Positions 1 through 7,780 of a stretch of 64,000 nucleotides of DNA are shown here, piece after piece; position 1 is the first letter of the stretch, and every line of letters starts with the position of its first letter. The DNA comes from an uncultured Candidatus Saccharibacteria bacterium (lineage in GTDB: Bacteria > Patescibacteriota > WWE3 > 9FT-COMBO-53-11). The stretch spans positions 1,024 through 65,023 of the forward strand of contig CAZEID010000006.1 of assembly GCA_964512075.1 (NCBI GenBank). The letters are read 5' to 3'. The notes below the pieces were generated by a model. The model did not search any database, had not been told where the DNA came from, and worked only from the letters and a program-made list of their open reading frames with translations. A program made the position numbers and the translations under genes.

Positions 1-356
1 AGATCTACCGCTCTCTTTCCGGATTAACCAAGGATGCCGAAACTTGGGCTGCAGATTCCTATCAAAAAGCCGTTGCCCTGGACCTATTCAATCCCCTCAC
101 CCGAATCGGCTTTGGAGGCTTCTATTACCAGATGGGGGATTTTGCCAAGGCGGCGGAGCAGTTCCGCGCCGCCGTGAATCTAAAGCCGGACTACGCCAAT
201 GCCCACTACAACCTCGGCCGGGCCTACAAAGAACTGGGGGAAAAGGATTTGGCGATTCAGGAACTGGAAACCGCCCTCCGGCTTTCCAATCCGGAAGTTT
301 CTGGGTACGAAGAGGCCCAACAGATCCTAGAAGAACTCAAGTCTTCAAAATAGCCC
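1..356 (+). CDS. TPR-repeat protein, C-terminal part (5' end lies before the window; frame open from nt 3)
   Basis: The frame containing ORF 132..353 stays open back to the window start. Translation shows TPR-like motifs (AxxAxxNLGxAY, KPDYANAHYNLGRAYKELGE). Confidence 0.5.
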
Positions 357-436
357 CGCGCAACTTTCCTCCCGATTTTCCCCCGGCGACTTGAAACCTT
401 TCGTACGAAAGGTGCTACAGGAATGGTGAGTTAGTA

Positions 437-724
437 CTAACCTTTCCCCAGAACAGTCTCAATGATTCTTCTGACCGGGGCGGAAAGTCTCGGATTTAAA
501 AAGTAGAAAGTTTCCCCCTTCCTTTCTTCTCGCTCAAGGATTCCGGCATTAAACATTCGCCACAAATGCTTCGAGGTCGACCTAAAAGCCAACTCGATCT
601 TTCGGGACAACTCTCCAACGCTCAGCTCTCCTTCAGACCGAAGAAGCGCCACAATCGTAAGCCGGCGCTTGTTGGCGAGCGCCTTCAGGATTTTCTCCCA
701 ATCGCTCTTAGACACCTCAACCAC
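437..724 (-). CDS. ArsR/SmtB-family HTH transcriptional regulator
   Basis: 95 aa. HTH segment LSVGELSRKIELAFRSTSKHLWRMFNAGIL and an ...ERKGETFYFLN tail are typical of ArsR-family winged helix proteins. Confidence 0.5.
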   Translation of the reverse strand: MVEVSKSDWEKILKALANKRRLTIVALLRSEGELSVGELSRKIELAFRSTSKHLWRMFNAGILEREERKGETFYFLNPRLSAPVRRIIETVLGKG

Positions 725-763
725 TGGACCATTCGTACGAATGGTACATCAACCAAATCGGTT

Positions 764-838
764 TGGTGGACCCGGGGGGAATCGAACCCCCGATCTCCGC
801 AATGCGAGTGCGGCGCTCTACCGCTGAGCTACGGGCCC
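764..838 (-). tRNA. tRNA-Ala (anticodon CGC)
   Basis: Reverse complement folds as a 75-nt cloverleaf: acceptor GGGCCCG/CGGGTCC with the G3:U70 Ala identity pair, anticodon loop CTCGCAT, T-loop TTCGATT, encoded CCA. Confidence 0.8.
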
Positions 839-843
839 CAGAG

Positions 844-919
844 TGGTGGAGCGTAGCGGAGTCGAACCGCTGACCTCCTGCATGCCATGCAGGCGCTCTA
901 CCGACTGAGCTAACGCCCC
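844..919 (-). tRNA. tRNA-Ala (anticodon GGC)
   Basis: Reverse complement folds as a 76-nt cloverleaf: acceptor GGGGCGT/ACGCTCC with G3:U70, anticodon loop ATGGCAT, T-loop TTCGACT, encoded CCA. Confidence 0.8.
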
Positions 920-923
920 CATT

Positions 924-984
924 TGGTGGAGCCGGGAAGAATTGCACTTCCCCATTAAAAGTTCCCGTCAAGCGGGACAGCCCC
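924..984 (-). other. degenerate tRNA-Ala-like element (acceptor stem with G3:U70, D-arm and T-arm, CCA end, but no anticodon arm)
   Basis: Reverse complement GGGGCTG-TC-CCCG-CTTGA-CGGG-(12 nt)-GGAAG-TGCAATT-CTTCC-CGGCTCC-A-CCA. The acceptor pairs 7/7 including G3:U70. Only 12 nt sit where a 17-nt anticodon arm is expected. Confidence 0.3.
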
Positions 985-1015
985 GTACGGTAATTATAGC
1001 AACCTTCTCTCTGTT

Positions 1016-2308
1016 CTAATCCTCCAAGTAGGGAAGGGGATTAACTCGCTGGTGAGCGCTGCCGCAGTAAATCTCAAAGTGGAGGTGCGGACCAAAAGTC
1101 ACTCCGGACTCCCCCGATTGGGCAACGACCTGGCCCCTAACTACGCGCTCTCCAATCCCCACCAACGGCCGGCTAATATGACCGTAGCGGGCTTGGAGAC
1201 CCGTCGGGTTGCCGTCCTTGTCCAAAAGATCAATGAAGACCAACCCGCCGTATCCGTAGTTGCACCCCGGACCAAAGCTCATGCACCGCTGGGAAAAATT
1301 CGCCACCGCGGACACAACCCCATCTCCGATAGCGTACAAGTCCTCGTAGTCCGCAGCTAGATCAATCCCTCGGTGAGAGTAGGTATAGTCACCAATCTTA
1401 ATCTTGGACTTGGTTGGCCAACCGAACTTCAGCCCCACATCGCAAGCCCCCACCGGGGCCAGAAAACTCCCGGCGAGGTAGGAACTTTCGACCGGAACCA
1501 AAATCTCCAACCCCGGCTTAAGGTCAGCGGAAGACATAATGTAGTTGAACTCCACAATCTGTTGAGCATTCGAGCCGAACTTGCGAGCAATTGAGTTTAG
1601 AGTGTCCCCTGCCCGAATCACGTAGTTAACCCCCTCAATTGGGGGAATTGTGATCTCTTCCCCCACCGCCACGTGATAAGACATCACGCCATTCTTACCG
1701 AACGACTCTTGAATCTGTTTAGGATTGGCCGAAACCAGGGCGTCCACGGTTCGGCGGAAGCGCTCGGCAATCTTATAGACATCGTCTCCTTCCCGCACGA
1801 CATAGGTGAAGGCCTCGGTCCTGGTCAGGTCGGACTTCTCCGTCGTGAGAGTAGTACTGCTATCCAAAATCAGGGTATTCGCCAAAGAGTCCGGCTTTGG
1901 CTTCTGGAAAATAATTCCGCTCAGCGCCGCGGTAGCCACCAGCAGGGTAACAGAAAAAGCCACTAAAGTAGCGTGGGCGAAAGGAAAGGCCAATTGCCCT
2001 TTTCGGCGAACAAACCTTCGGGAGAGCCAAAACTTGAACTGCTCGGCGAGAGCAAAACCCGAAAAAACAAACCGCACTAACCCGGCGAAAAACTGGGAAA
2101 AGCGGTGGTAAAGGTAAACGATCAAACCAACCCCGAAGGACAGGAGGTCCTCCCCGAGGGTTTCTTTTTTGCTTTCCTCCCGCAATCCCCACTTGAGCTG
2201 CCCGCTCGAAAGGGATAAGGGAGGTTGCGCTGCCCTATCCATAAGCTGCCCCCTGAAGCACCTGTCCGCTTCTAGCGGAACAAAAAAGGACGGGACCCAA
2301 GATCCCAT
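1016..2308 (-). CDS. LysM-domain M23-family peptidase, N-terminally membrane-anchored
   Basis: Two LysM-like segments (YVVREGDDVYKIAERF and YVIRAGDTLNSIARKFG). C-terminal M23 motifs HRGIDLAA ... GPHLHFEIY. True start may be an internal Met. Confidence 0.7.
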   Translation of the reverse strand: MGSWVPSFFVPLEADRCFRGQLMDRAAQPPLSLSSGQLKWGLREESKKETLGEDLLSFGVGLIVYLYHRFSQFFAGLVRFVFSGFALAEQFKFWLSRRFVRRKGQLAFPFAHATLVAFSVTLLVATAALSGIIFQKPKPDSLANTLILDSSTTLTTEKSDLTRTEAFTYVVREGDDVYKIAERFRRTVDALVSANPKQIQESFGKNGVMSYHVAVGEEITIPPIEGVNYVIRAGDTLNSIARKFGSNAQQIVEFNYIMSSADLKPGLEILVPVESSYLAGSFLAPVGACDVGLKFGWPTKSKIKIGDYTYSHRGIDLAADYEDLYAIGDGVVSAVANFSQRCMSFGPGCNYGYGGLVFIDLLDKDGNPTGLQARYGHISRPLVGIGERVVRGQVVAQSGESGVTFGPHLHFEIYCGSAHQRVNPLPYLED

Positions 2309-2418
2309 CCCCGAGCTTTTTGCGCCTAAAATAGGCGCAAAAAGTGGGCAGGGAGAATGCTTAGGGACAGAATTAGACTAGCAAAAATCGGCTTAAAAAG
2401 CAAGCCAACTCGCCAAAG

Positions 2419-2439
2419 GCTAAAAGCTAAACGCTAAGG
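2419..2439. repeat. tandem heptamer array GCTAAAA-GCTAAAC-GCTAAGG
   Basis: Read directly. Lies about 110 bp upstream of the peptidase start and downstream of the rho stop. Confidence 0.5.
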
Positions 2440-2479
2440 AAAAATACCTTTTGCCTTCCGCTTTTCGCGCCGGGCTGGT

Positions 2480-3673
2480 TTACTTAGCTTCCTTAAGGGT
2501 CGCCAAAAACTCCTTGTTGCTCTTAGTGCGCCGAACGCGGTCCACGACCAACTCGGTCGCCTCATCTCCCAGAGTATCGACCATCCGGCGCAGGGTGTAA
2601 ATCTGCTCCAGGGTGGCTTTGTCAAAAAGCAGTTCTTCGTGCCGGGTCCCCGACTTTACGATATTAATCGCCGGAAAGATTCGCCGCTCTGCCAAGCTAC
2701 GATCCAGGTGCAATTCCATATTGCCGGTCCCCTTGAACTCCTCATAGATTAGATCGTCCATCCGAGAACCCGTGTCGACCAAAGCCGTGGCGATAATCGT
2801 CAATGACCCGCCCTTCTCAAAGTTCCGGGCGGCCCCGAAGAAGTGCTTCGGGGGGTAAAGAGCGATCGGATCGAACCCCCCGGTAAGAGTCCTTCCAGAA
2901 GGCGGGACGACCAGGTTGTAAGCCCGAGCAGCCCGAGTAAGGGAATCCATCAGGATTAAAACATCCTCACCCATTTCAGCAGCGCGCTTCGCCTTCTCCA
3001 AGCACATTTCGGCGATTCGAACCTGATCTTCGGCCGGTTCGTCAAAGTTAGAGGAGAAAACTTCTCCCTTCACCGACCGGGAGATGTCCGTAACTTCCTC
3101 TGGTCGCTCTCCGATCAAAGCCACCATGATCTTGACTTTAGGATGGTTAGTAGTGACACCATGGGCAATATCTTTGAGCAGCCAGGTTTTTCCGGCCTTC
3201 GGAGGGGAAACAATCATTCCCCGCTGGCCTTTCCCAATCGGAGCGAACAAGTCAATTAGCCGGGTAGAAATGATGTCGGGCTTGGTCTCGAGCGGCAGCC
3301 ATTCGTTCGGAAAGATCGGCACCAACCGCTCAAATCGGGGGCGCTTTTGCGCCTCTTCGGGGGTAAGGCCAGCCACTTTGGTAACCTTCAGAAGCGAAAG
3401 GTAGCGCTCACCTTCTTTCGGCGGCCGCGCTACTCCTTCAATTAAATCTCCCATCCGCATATCCAGCCGGCGGATTTGGGAAAGGGAAACATAGACATCC
3501 GAGGGCAGATCACCTTCCTGGGCCACTTCCGAGCGAAGAACCCCGTAATCGGGGAGAATTTCCAAAGTCCCCGATACCGGGATGGTTTCACCTCGATAAG
3601 GACCTTCGTTGCGATTTTCTCCGTTGGACCGGTAAGGTCGGGGGGAGGAAGATCTCGTTGCTTCTTCAATCAT
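2480..3673 (-). CDS. rho: transcription termination factor Rho
   Basis: 397 aa. N-terminal RNA-binding region followed by a RecA-like ATPase with Walker [11 protein letters not shown], plus a conserved Rho C-terminal region. Confidence 0.9.
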   Translation of the reverse strand: MIEEATRSSSPRPYRSNGENRNEGPYRGETIPVSGTLEILPDYGVLRSEVAQEGDLPSDVYVSLSQIRRLDMRMGDLIEGVARPPKEGERYLSLLKVTKVAGLTPEEAQKRPRFERLVPIFPNEWLPLETKPDIISTRLIDLFAPIGKGQRGMIVSPPKAGKTWLLKDIAHGVTTNHPKVKIMVALIGERPEEVTDISRSVKGEVFSSNFDEPAEDQVRIAEMCLEKAKRAAEMGEDVLILMDSLTRAARAYNLVVPPSGRTLTGGFDPIALYPPKHFFGAARNFEKGGSLTIIATALVDTGSRMDDLIYEEFKGTGNMELHLDRSLAERRIFPAINIVKSGTRHEELLFDKATLEQIYTLRRMVDTLGDEATELVVDRVRRTKSNKEFLATLKEAK

Positions 3674-3821
3674 TAGAAAATAGCAAACGGCTTGCAGCTT
3701 ACGACGAACAGCGAAAGACCAAATCGCTGTTAGCGGTTAGCTTTATGCTGTTAGCTAGGTGGAATCGGGTAGACGACCACTGCCCCTAGTCGCCTACCCA
3801 ACCAACAATATAGCATATCTT

Positions 3822-3857
3822 GCTAAGAGCTAAAAGCAAAATGCTAAAAGCTAAACG
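3822..3857. repeat. tandem heptamer array (5 units: GCTAAGA GCTAAAA GCAAAAT GCTAAAA GCTAAAC)
   Basis: Read directly. About 150-185 bp upstream of the rho start and overlapping the 3' end of the four-helix-bundle pseudogene. Confidence 0.5.
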
Positions 3858-4206
3858 TCGTTCAGAGACTTTTGGAACGAACGCATCTTTCGAATAAGCA
3901 CCTCATATTCAGCGTAGTATTTTCCTCTGTCAGATGCAGACAGAATATTTTGCCGAACTGTAATCTCAACCAGAGGAATACACTCGTAACAGGAACCAAC
4001 CGCGATACCGACGAATCTCGCAAACTCTTTCTTGTTTCTTCCGCTTCCTTCAGCTATATTCAAAGCCGCGGAAAGCGATGCCCTCTCCTTATTTGCGAGG
4101 TGAGATCCAACAAGTACTCTTTAGGCCAATCCTTGGTAAGAGTGTAAATTTCGTGAGCTAACCCGAGAGAATCTTTATAGATATCGAGGCTTTTAAAACT
4201 AAGCAC
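3851..4206 (-). pseudogene. four-helix-bundle protein (23S rRNA intervening-sequence protein family), disrupted by a single-base frameshift
   Basis: One frame gives (GTG)LSFKSLDIYKDSLGLAHEIYTLTKDWPKEYLLDLTSQIRRGHRFPRL-stop. The frame offset by 2 nt continues ASLSAALNIAEGSGRNKKEFARFVGIAVGSCYECIPLVEITVRQNIL... Joined, they give a full-length family member. The shift sits in a GGG/CCC run at about 4081-4083. Confidence 0.55.
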
Positions 4207-4209
4207 GGC

Positions 4210-4238
4210 TTTTCGCCTTTAGCTTTTAGCCTTTCGCC
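4210..4238. repeat. heptamer array in inverted orientation (revcomp GGCGAAA GGCTAAAA GCTAAAG GCGAAAA GCC)
   Basis: Read directly. Inverted relative to the 3822-3857 array, so the two bracket the four-helix-bundle gene. Confidence 0.45.
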
Positions 4239-4241
4239 AAA

Positions 4242-4850
4242 TTACCAATACTTGGTAATTTTGATTCGACGGACGAGGAACCCGAGGTAAGCCAGAAAGA
4301 GAGAAGTGGCAATCACATCGGCGGAGCCAGTTTCCGGCAAAACTTTTCCCAAAACCTCACCCTTAACCGTAGTCCGGGCTGCGCACTGGAACCACTCATT
4401 TCCTTCCTTCCAGGTTTTCTTAATCTGAAGTACCGACTCAATCAAGTCCCCCGCCGTTACTCCGGCCTTCACCCTCGCCTGGAAAGTCACTTTGACCCAC
4501 TCTCCCGGATTAAGAACTCCTAAATTAAGGCCGTCAGTTAGCCAAGCGTCGGTTACGGAAGCACCCCCGCCCAGACTATCCGACCAGGCGGTAGAACCCG
4601 CGACATAAGTCAGATAGGGAGAAAGGGTCTCGGAAATGAAAACCGGATCAATCTTGGTATCGCCCACATTGGTAATTTGAATCGTATAGGTGAGGGTATC
4701 GCCGACCGAAGCCGTCGCCTTATCAACGGTTTGCTTGGCATCGATTTGGTAAGTCTCCGCCATGGCATTAAAAAGCGGCGCTAACGAGAGCGCAAAGCCG
4801 ATTAAGACTGTTGCAACTAGAATCTTCAAACCACTCATGCTTTTAATCAT
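4242..4850 (-). CDS. LPXTG cell-wall-anchored surface protein with a DUF11-type conserved repeat domain
   Basis: Signal peptide MIKSMSGLKILVATVLIGFALS. DUF11-like motif VGDTLTYTIQITNVGDT. C-terminal sorting signal LPETG plus a hydrophobic stretch plus RRIKITKYW. Start taken at an internal Met; the longest ORF extends to 4952. Confidence 0.6.
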   Translation of the reverse strand: MIKSMSGLKILVATVLIGFALSLAPLFNAMAETYQIDAKQTVDKATASVGDTLTYTIQITNVGDTKIDPVFISETLSPYLTYVAGSTAWSDSLGGGASVTDAWLTDGLNLGVLNPGEWVKVTFQARVKAGVTAGDLIESVLQIKKTWKEGNEWFQCAARTTVKGEVLGKVLPETGSADVIATSLFLAYLGFLVRRIKITKYW

Positions 4851-4979
4851 AGCATCAGCCCTATAAAAGTCAAGTATAGGGCTAAACTCTCCCAAAGACT
4901 CCAGATACGAACTGAAGTTTTTAGGAAAGCCCCTCACCTTTTTGAATTGCAAAGGTGAGGGGTCGCACCACTCTCGCTC

Positions 4980-5966
4980 TTACCTCACTGGCGTCGGAGT
5001 CGGCACACTCGGCGGATATTCCGTCGGGGTGGCTACCGGCGTCAGGGGAGGCAAACAATCCGGCCCGCAACTTTCCGTCGGGGTTGGCGGCGGAGTGGTC
5101 GGGGTAGGAGGAGGCAAAGTTGGCGTGGGCGTCGCCCGGGGCGGCTCCGTGGGCGGAGTCGTCGAGGGGACTGCCGGCGTCGCGGTCGGCGAGACCGGCA
5201 GACCGCAGACGATCTGAAACTTCACGACCGTCGCGTTCAGACGGGGATAAGCGTCTAGCCGAACCGCTACCCAAGAGGGTTCGGAACCGAAGCGGATCCC
5301 GTCCTCCTCGTCCGTTTCGAGCCGAGGAATCCAGACCGCACACCCGGCCGGCAAAGCCTTCTCGTCTACGCCCACCCAATAGGTCCCCGGAGGAACCTCA
5401 AAGGTTGTTGCGGCGATGAGAAATTCGTCGATGGTAACCATTTCTTCGGTTACCTGCCGCAGCGTCTCCCGAAGCTCTCCGTCCTCCCCGAAGGGAGAGA
5501 GGAGAATTGGGACCCCCGGCATCCGGCGCCAGATCCCGTAAGCGGTATCTAACCGAAGCGTTTCTACCCGAAGGTAGACGCGCTCGCTCTCCGCCACTGA
5601 CTCGGTCGCCGCGACCGCAGGAGCGGTCGCCGCCACTGCCGTCGGGGGCATTGCGGTCGGAAAGCGGTCGGAAGCAACCTCGCGCTCTCCTTGCGAAGCG
5701 AGAAAAACGTAGGCCGCCGTCAGAGCGACCGCCGCAAAACCCAGGATGCCCAACAGAAACAGCAAAAACTCCAGCGTCCGCGTTCTAGACACCGAAGGCG
5801 GCGCTTTCGCCTTCTTGGGCTGGGCTCGCTTCTTGGCGCTCCGGGCGGGCTGGCGACGGCTCTTCCACCGCTTTCGCCATCCCTCGAACTTGGCCTTTGC
5901 CCTCGAAACCAAGGACAAAAACCGATTCACTACAGCCCGGCGGGCAGACTTGGCCTTTTTGGCCAT
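4980..5966 (-). CDS. membrane-anchored protein with a Lys/Arg-rich N-terminus, one TM helix and a Pro/Thr-rich C-terminal tail
   Basis: N-terminus MAKKAKSARR...KKAKAPP, TM FLLFLLGILGFAAVALTAAYVFLA, tail PTPTLPPPTPTTPPPTPT. Strong RBS AAAGGAGG before the ATG. GC about 63-75%, with many spurious antisense ORFs. Confidence 0.5.
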   Translation of the reverse strand: MAKKAKSARRAVVNRFLSLVSRAKAKFEGWRKRWKSRRQPARSAKKRAQPKKAKAPPSVSRTRTLEFLLFLLGILGFAAVALTAAYVFLASQGEREVASDRFPTAMPPTAVAATAPAVAATESVAESERVYLRVETLRLDTAYGIWRRMPGVPILLSPFGEDGELRETLRQVTEEMVTIDEFLIAATTFEVPPGTYWVGVDEKALPAGCAVWIPRLETDEEDGIRFGSEPSWVAVRLDAYPRLNATVVKFQIVCGLPVSPTATPAVPSTTPPTEPPRATPTPTLPPPTPTTPPPTPTESCGPDCLPPLTPVATPTEYPPSVPTPTPVR

Positions 5967-6078
5967 CGCAACCTCCTTTTAGATTTGGTTTTTAAGCGAG
6001 ACATCAATCCACCGGAAGTGGACTGATTTCCCTCCTAAAAAGTTGTAACCCTCCTGATCACGAGCTTTCTATCGCCAC

Positions 6079-6113
6079 AAAAAGAGAGCGAGCCCCTGCC
6101 CAAAGCTCGCTCT
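6079..6113 (-). terminator. rho-independent terminator downstream of radA
   Basis: Minus-strand reading gives AGAGCGAGC-11 nt loop-GCTCGCTCT followed by a T-run (9-bp stem). Confidence 0.5.
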
Positions 6114-6345
6114 GATTGACAATCTAGCAAGCTTAGAAGGCCTTGTCAAGTCTTATAGTTTTAAGGTCCGCTGACTGACAGTATACCTCATAGTTAATAG
6201 TTATGCAAGTGGAATTAGAGCTCATAGCATAATAGGGGAGATTGGATCGTAATTCCCGCGGAGGCGGGTCGGGCGCTTAATGGGTTAACGGAGTCAACGG
6301 GAAAGAAAGCCGTCTAATATCTCGATATCCAGTATCTTAATATCT

Positions 6346-7647
6346 TCAGCTGAAAAGCTTGGCCAAAAGTTCCGAGATCGTAGAAAACTCCCTTGCAGTA
6401 ATTACCTCAAGCCCCAATTTTTGGGCATGTTTTAAGCGCTCCTCTTCCCCCGCTACCGCGCGAATTTCCCCGTTCAGACCCACCTCTCCAAAGAAACAAA
6501 GTTTCGCCGGAATCGGCTTCTTAAGGCGCGCCGATGTTACCGCTACCGCAATTGCTAAGTCCGCGGCCGGCTCAAATACCCGCATCCCGAAAGAGCTTTT
6601 CACAAAAATGTCCGAGCGGGAAAGATTCACCTTCCCAAACTTCTCCACCACGGCCAAGATCAGGAGGGCCCGCTTGGAAGAGAGGCCTTGGGTAGTTCTT
6701 TTCGGGTACGGGTAGGCGGTCGCGGAGGTGAGGGCTTGAATCTCCAGCAGAAGGGGGCGGGCGCCCTCCAGTGCAATTGTCAGTGCTGATCCCGGAGAGG
6801 CGCGGTGCTTTTTGAGGAAAACCGCCGAAGGATCTTTAACTTCTTCCAGCCCCTTCTTTCCCATCTCAAAGATCCCCACCTCTGAAGTTGCTCCGAACCG
6901 ATTTTTCTGCGACCGCAGGACCCGCAGCGAGGAGAATTTATCTCCTTCGAAAGTCAAGACCACATCGACGATGTGCTCCAGAAACTTCGGCCCCCCGATC
7001 GCAAAGGTTTTGGTAACGTGCCCCGTCATCACTACCGGCACCCCTTTGGCCTTGGCAAAGCCGGTCAGCTGGGCGGCCGCGTATTTGAGCTGGGAAGGGG
7101 AACCGGCCGAGCCGGCTACATTATCGGAAGAAGTCGTCTGGAGGGAATCCACCACTACCAACCCCAGCTTATCCATCTCGGAAATTTCGGCGAGAATTAA
7201 ATCCAAATCGGTCTGGGAGAGAAAATAAAGATTGTCGGCAGCGATCCCTAGCCGCTCCGCCCGCCCCGCGATCTGCTCTTCCGACTCCTCGCCCGAAACG
7301 TAAATGACAGGGGTTTTTTGGCCAATTCTTTCCGCCGCCTGCAGGAGTAGGGTAGATTTCCCAATTCCGGGAGGGCCGGAGAGCAGGATGGCCGAGCCGG
7401 GAACAATCCCCTCACCCAGGACTCGGTCAAACTCGCCAATTCCTGTCTTGATTCGGGAGACAGACCTCTGGGAGATTTCGGACAGCTTTTTCGGTTTCCT
7501 TGCTTCCCCACCGCCGGCGCCGGACTTATGAGTACTGACTTCTTTTAAGGTATTCCACTCCCCGCAGAACTGGCACTTTCCCTGCCACTTCAGATGCTCG
7601 CCGCCGCACTCGCCGCAGATAAAAAGGACTTTTGACTTTGGCATCAA
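6346..7647 (-). CDS. radA: DNA repair protein RadA
   Basis: N-terminal C4 zinc finger CGECGGEH...CQFCGEW. RecA-like Walker A GPPGIGKSTLLLQ. C-terminal Lon-protease-like domain. Confidence 0.9.
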   Translation of the reverse strand: MMPKSKVLFICGECGGEHLKWQGKCQFCGEWNTLKEVSTHKSGAGGGEARKPKKLSEISQRSVSRIKTGIGEFDRVLGEGIVPGSAILLSGPPGIGKSTLLLQAAERIGQKTPVIYVSGEESEEQIAGRAERLGIAADNLYFLSQTDLDLILAEISEMDKLGLVVVDSLQTTSSDNVAGSAGSPSQLKYAAAQLTGFAKAKGVPVVMTGHVTKTFAIGGPKFLEHIVDVVLTFEGDKFSSLRVLRSQKNRFGATSEVGIFEMGKKGLEEVKDPSAVFLKKHRASPGSALTIALEGARPLLLEIQALTSATAYPYPKRTTQGLSSKRALLILAVVEKFGKVNLSRSDIFVKSSFGMRVFEPAADLAIAVAVTSARLKKPIPAKLCFFGEVGLNGEIRAVAGEEERLKHAQKLGLEVITAREFSTISELLAKLFS

Positions 7648-7674
7648 TTCAGTTTACAGCAACCGAACAAATTC

Positions 7675-7770
7675 GAAATCCTAAGCACGAAATCCTAAAC
7701 AAGCCCACTTCAACCTTCGAGGTTAACGGGATCAATTACCGCAAGTTTAGGATTTAGGTTAGGATTTGCG
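7675..7770. repeat. four copies of AAATCCTAA arranged as two direct plus two inverted copies, forming a long imperfect hairpin between rpsA and radA
   Basis: 7675-7700 GAAATCCTAAGCACGAAATCCTAAAC. 7745-7770 GTTTAGGATTTAGGTTAGGATTTGCG. The two are reverse-complementary over 11 + 9 bp. An adjacent 12-bp palindrome GCGCCTAGGCGC sits at 7767-7778. Confidence 0.45.
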
Positions 7771-7780
7771 CCTAGGCGCC

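Noticed and set aside
4921-6026. Multiple antisense and alternative-frame ORFs (4921..5379, 4942..5217, 5120..5419, 5507..5788, 5691..6026)
   Set aside because: The region is very GC-rich and low-complexity (Pro/Thr/Ala codons), which leaves all frames open. Only the 4980..5966 minus frame has a start, an RBS and a TM/signal logic.
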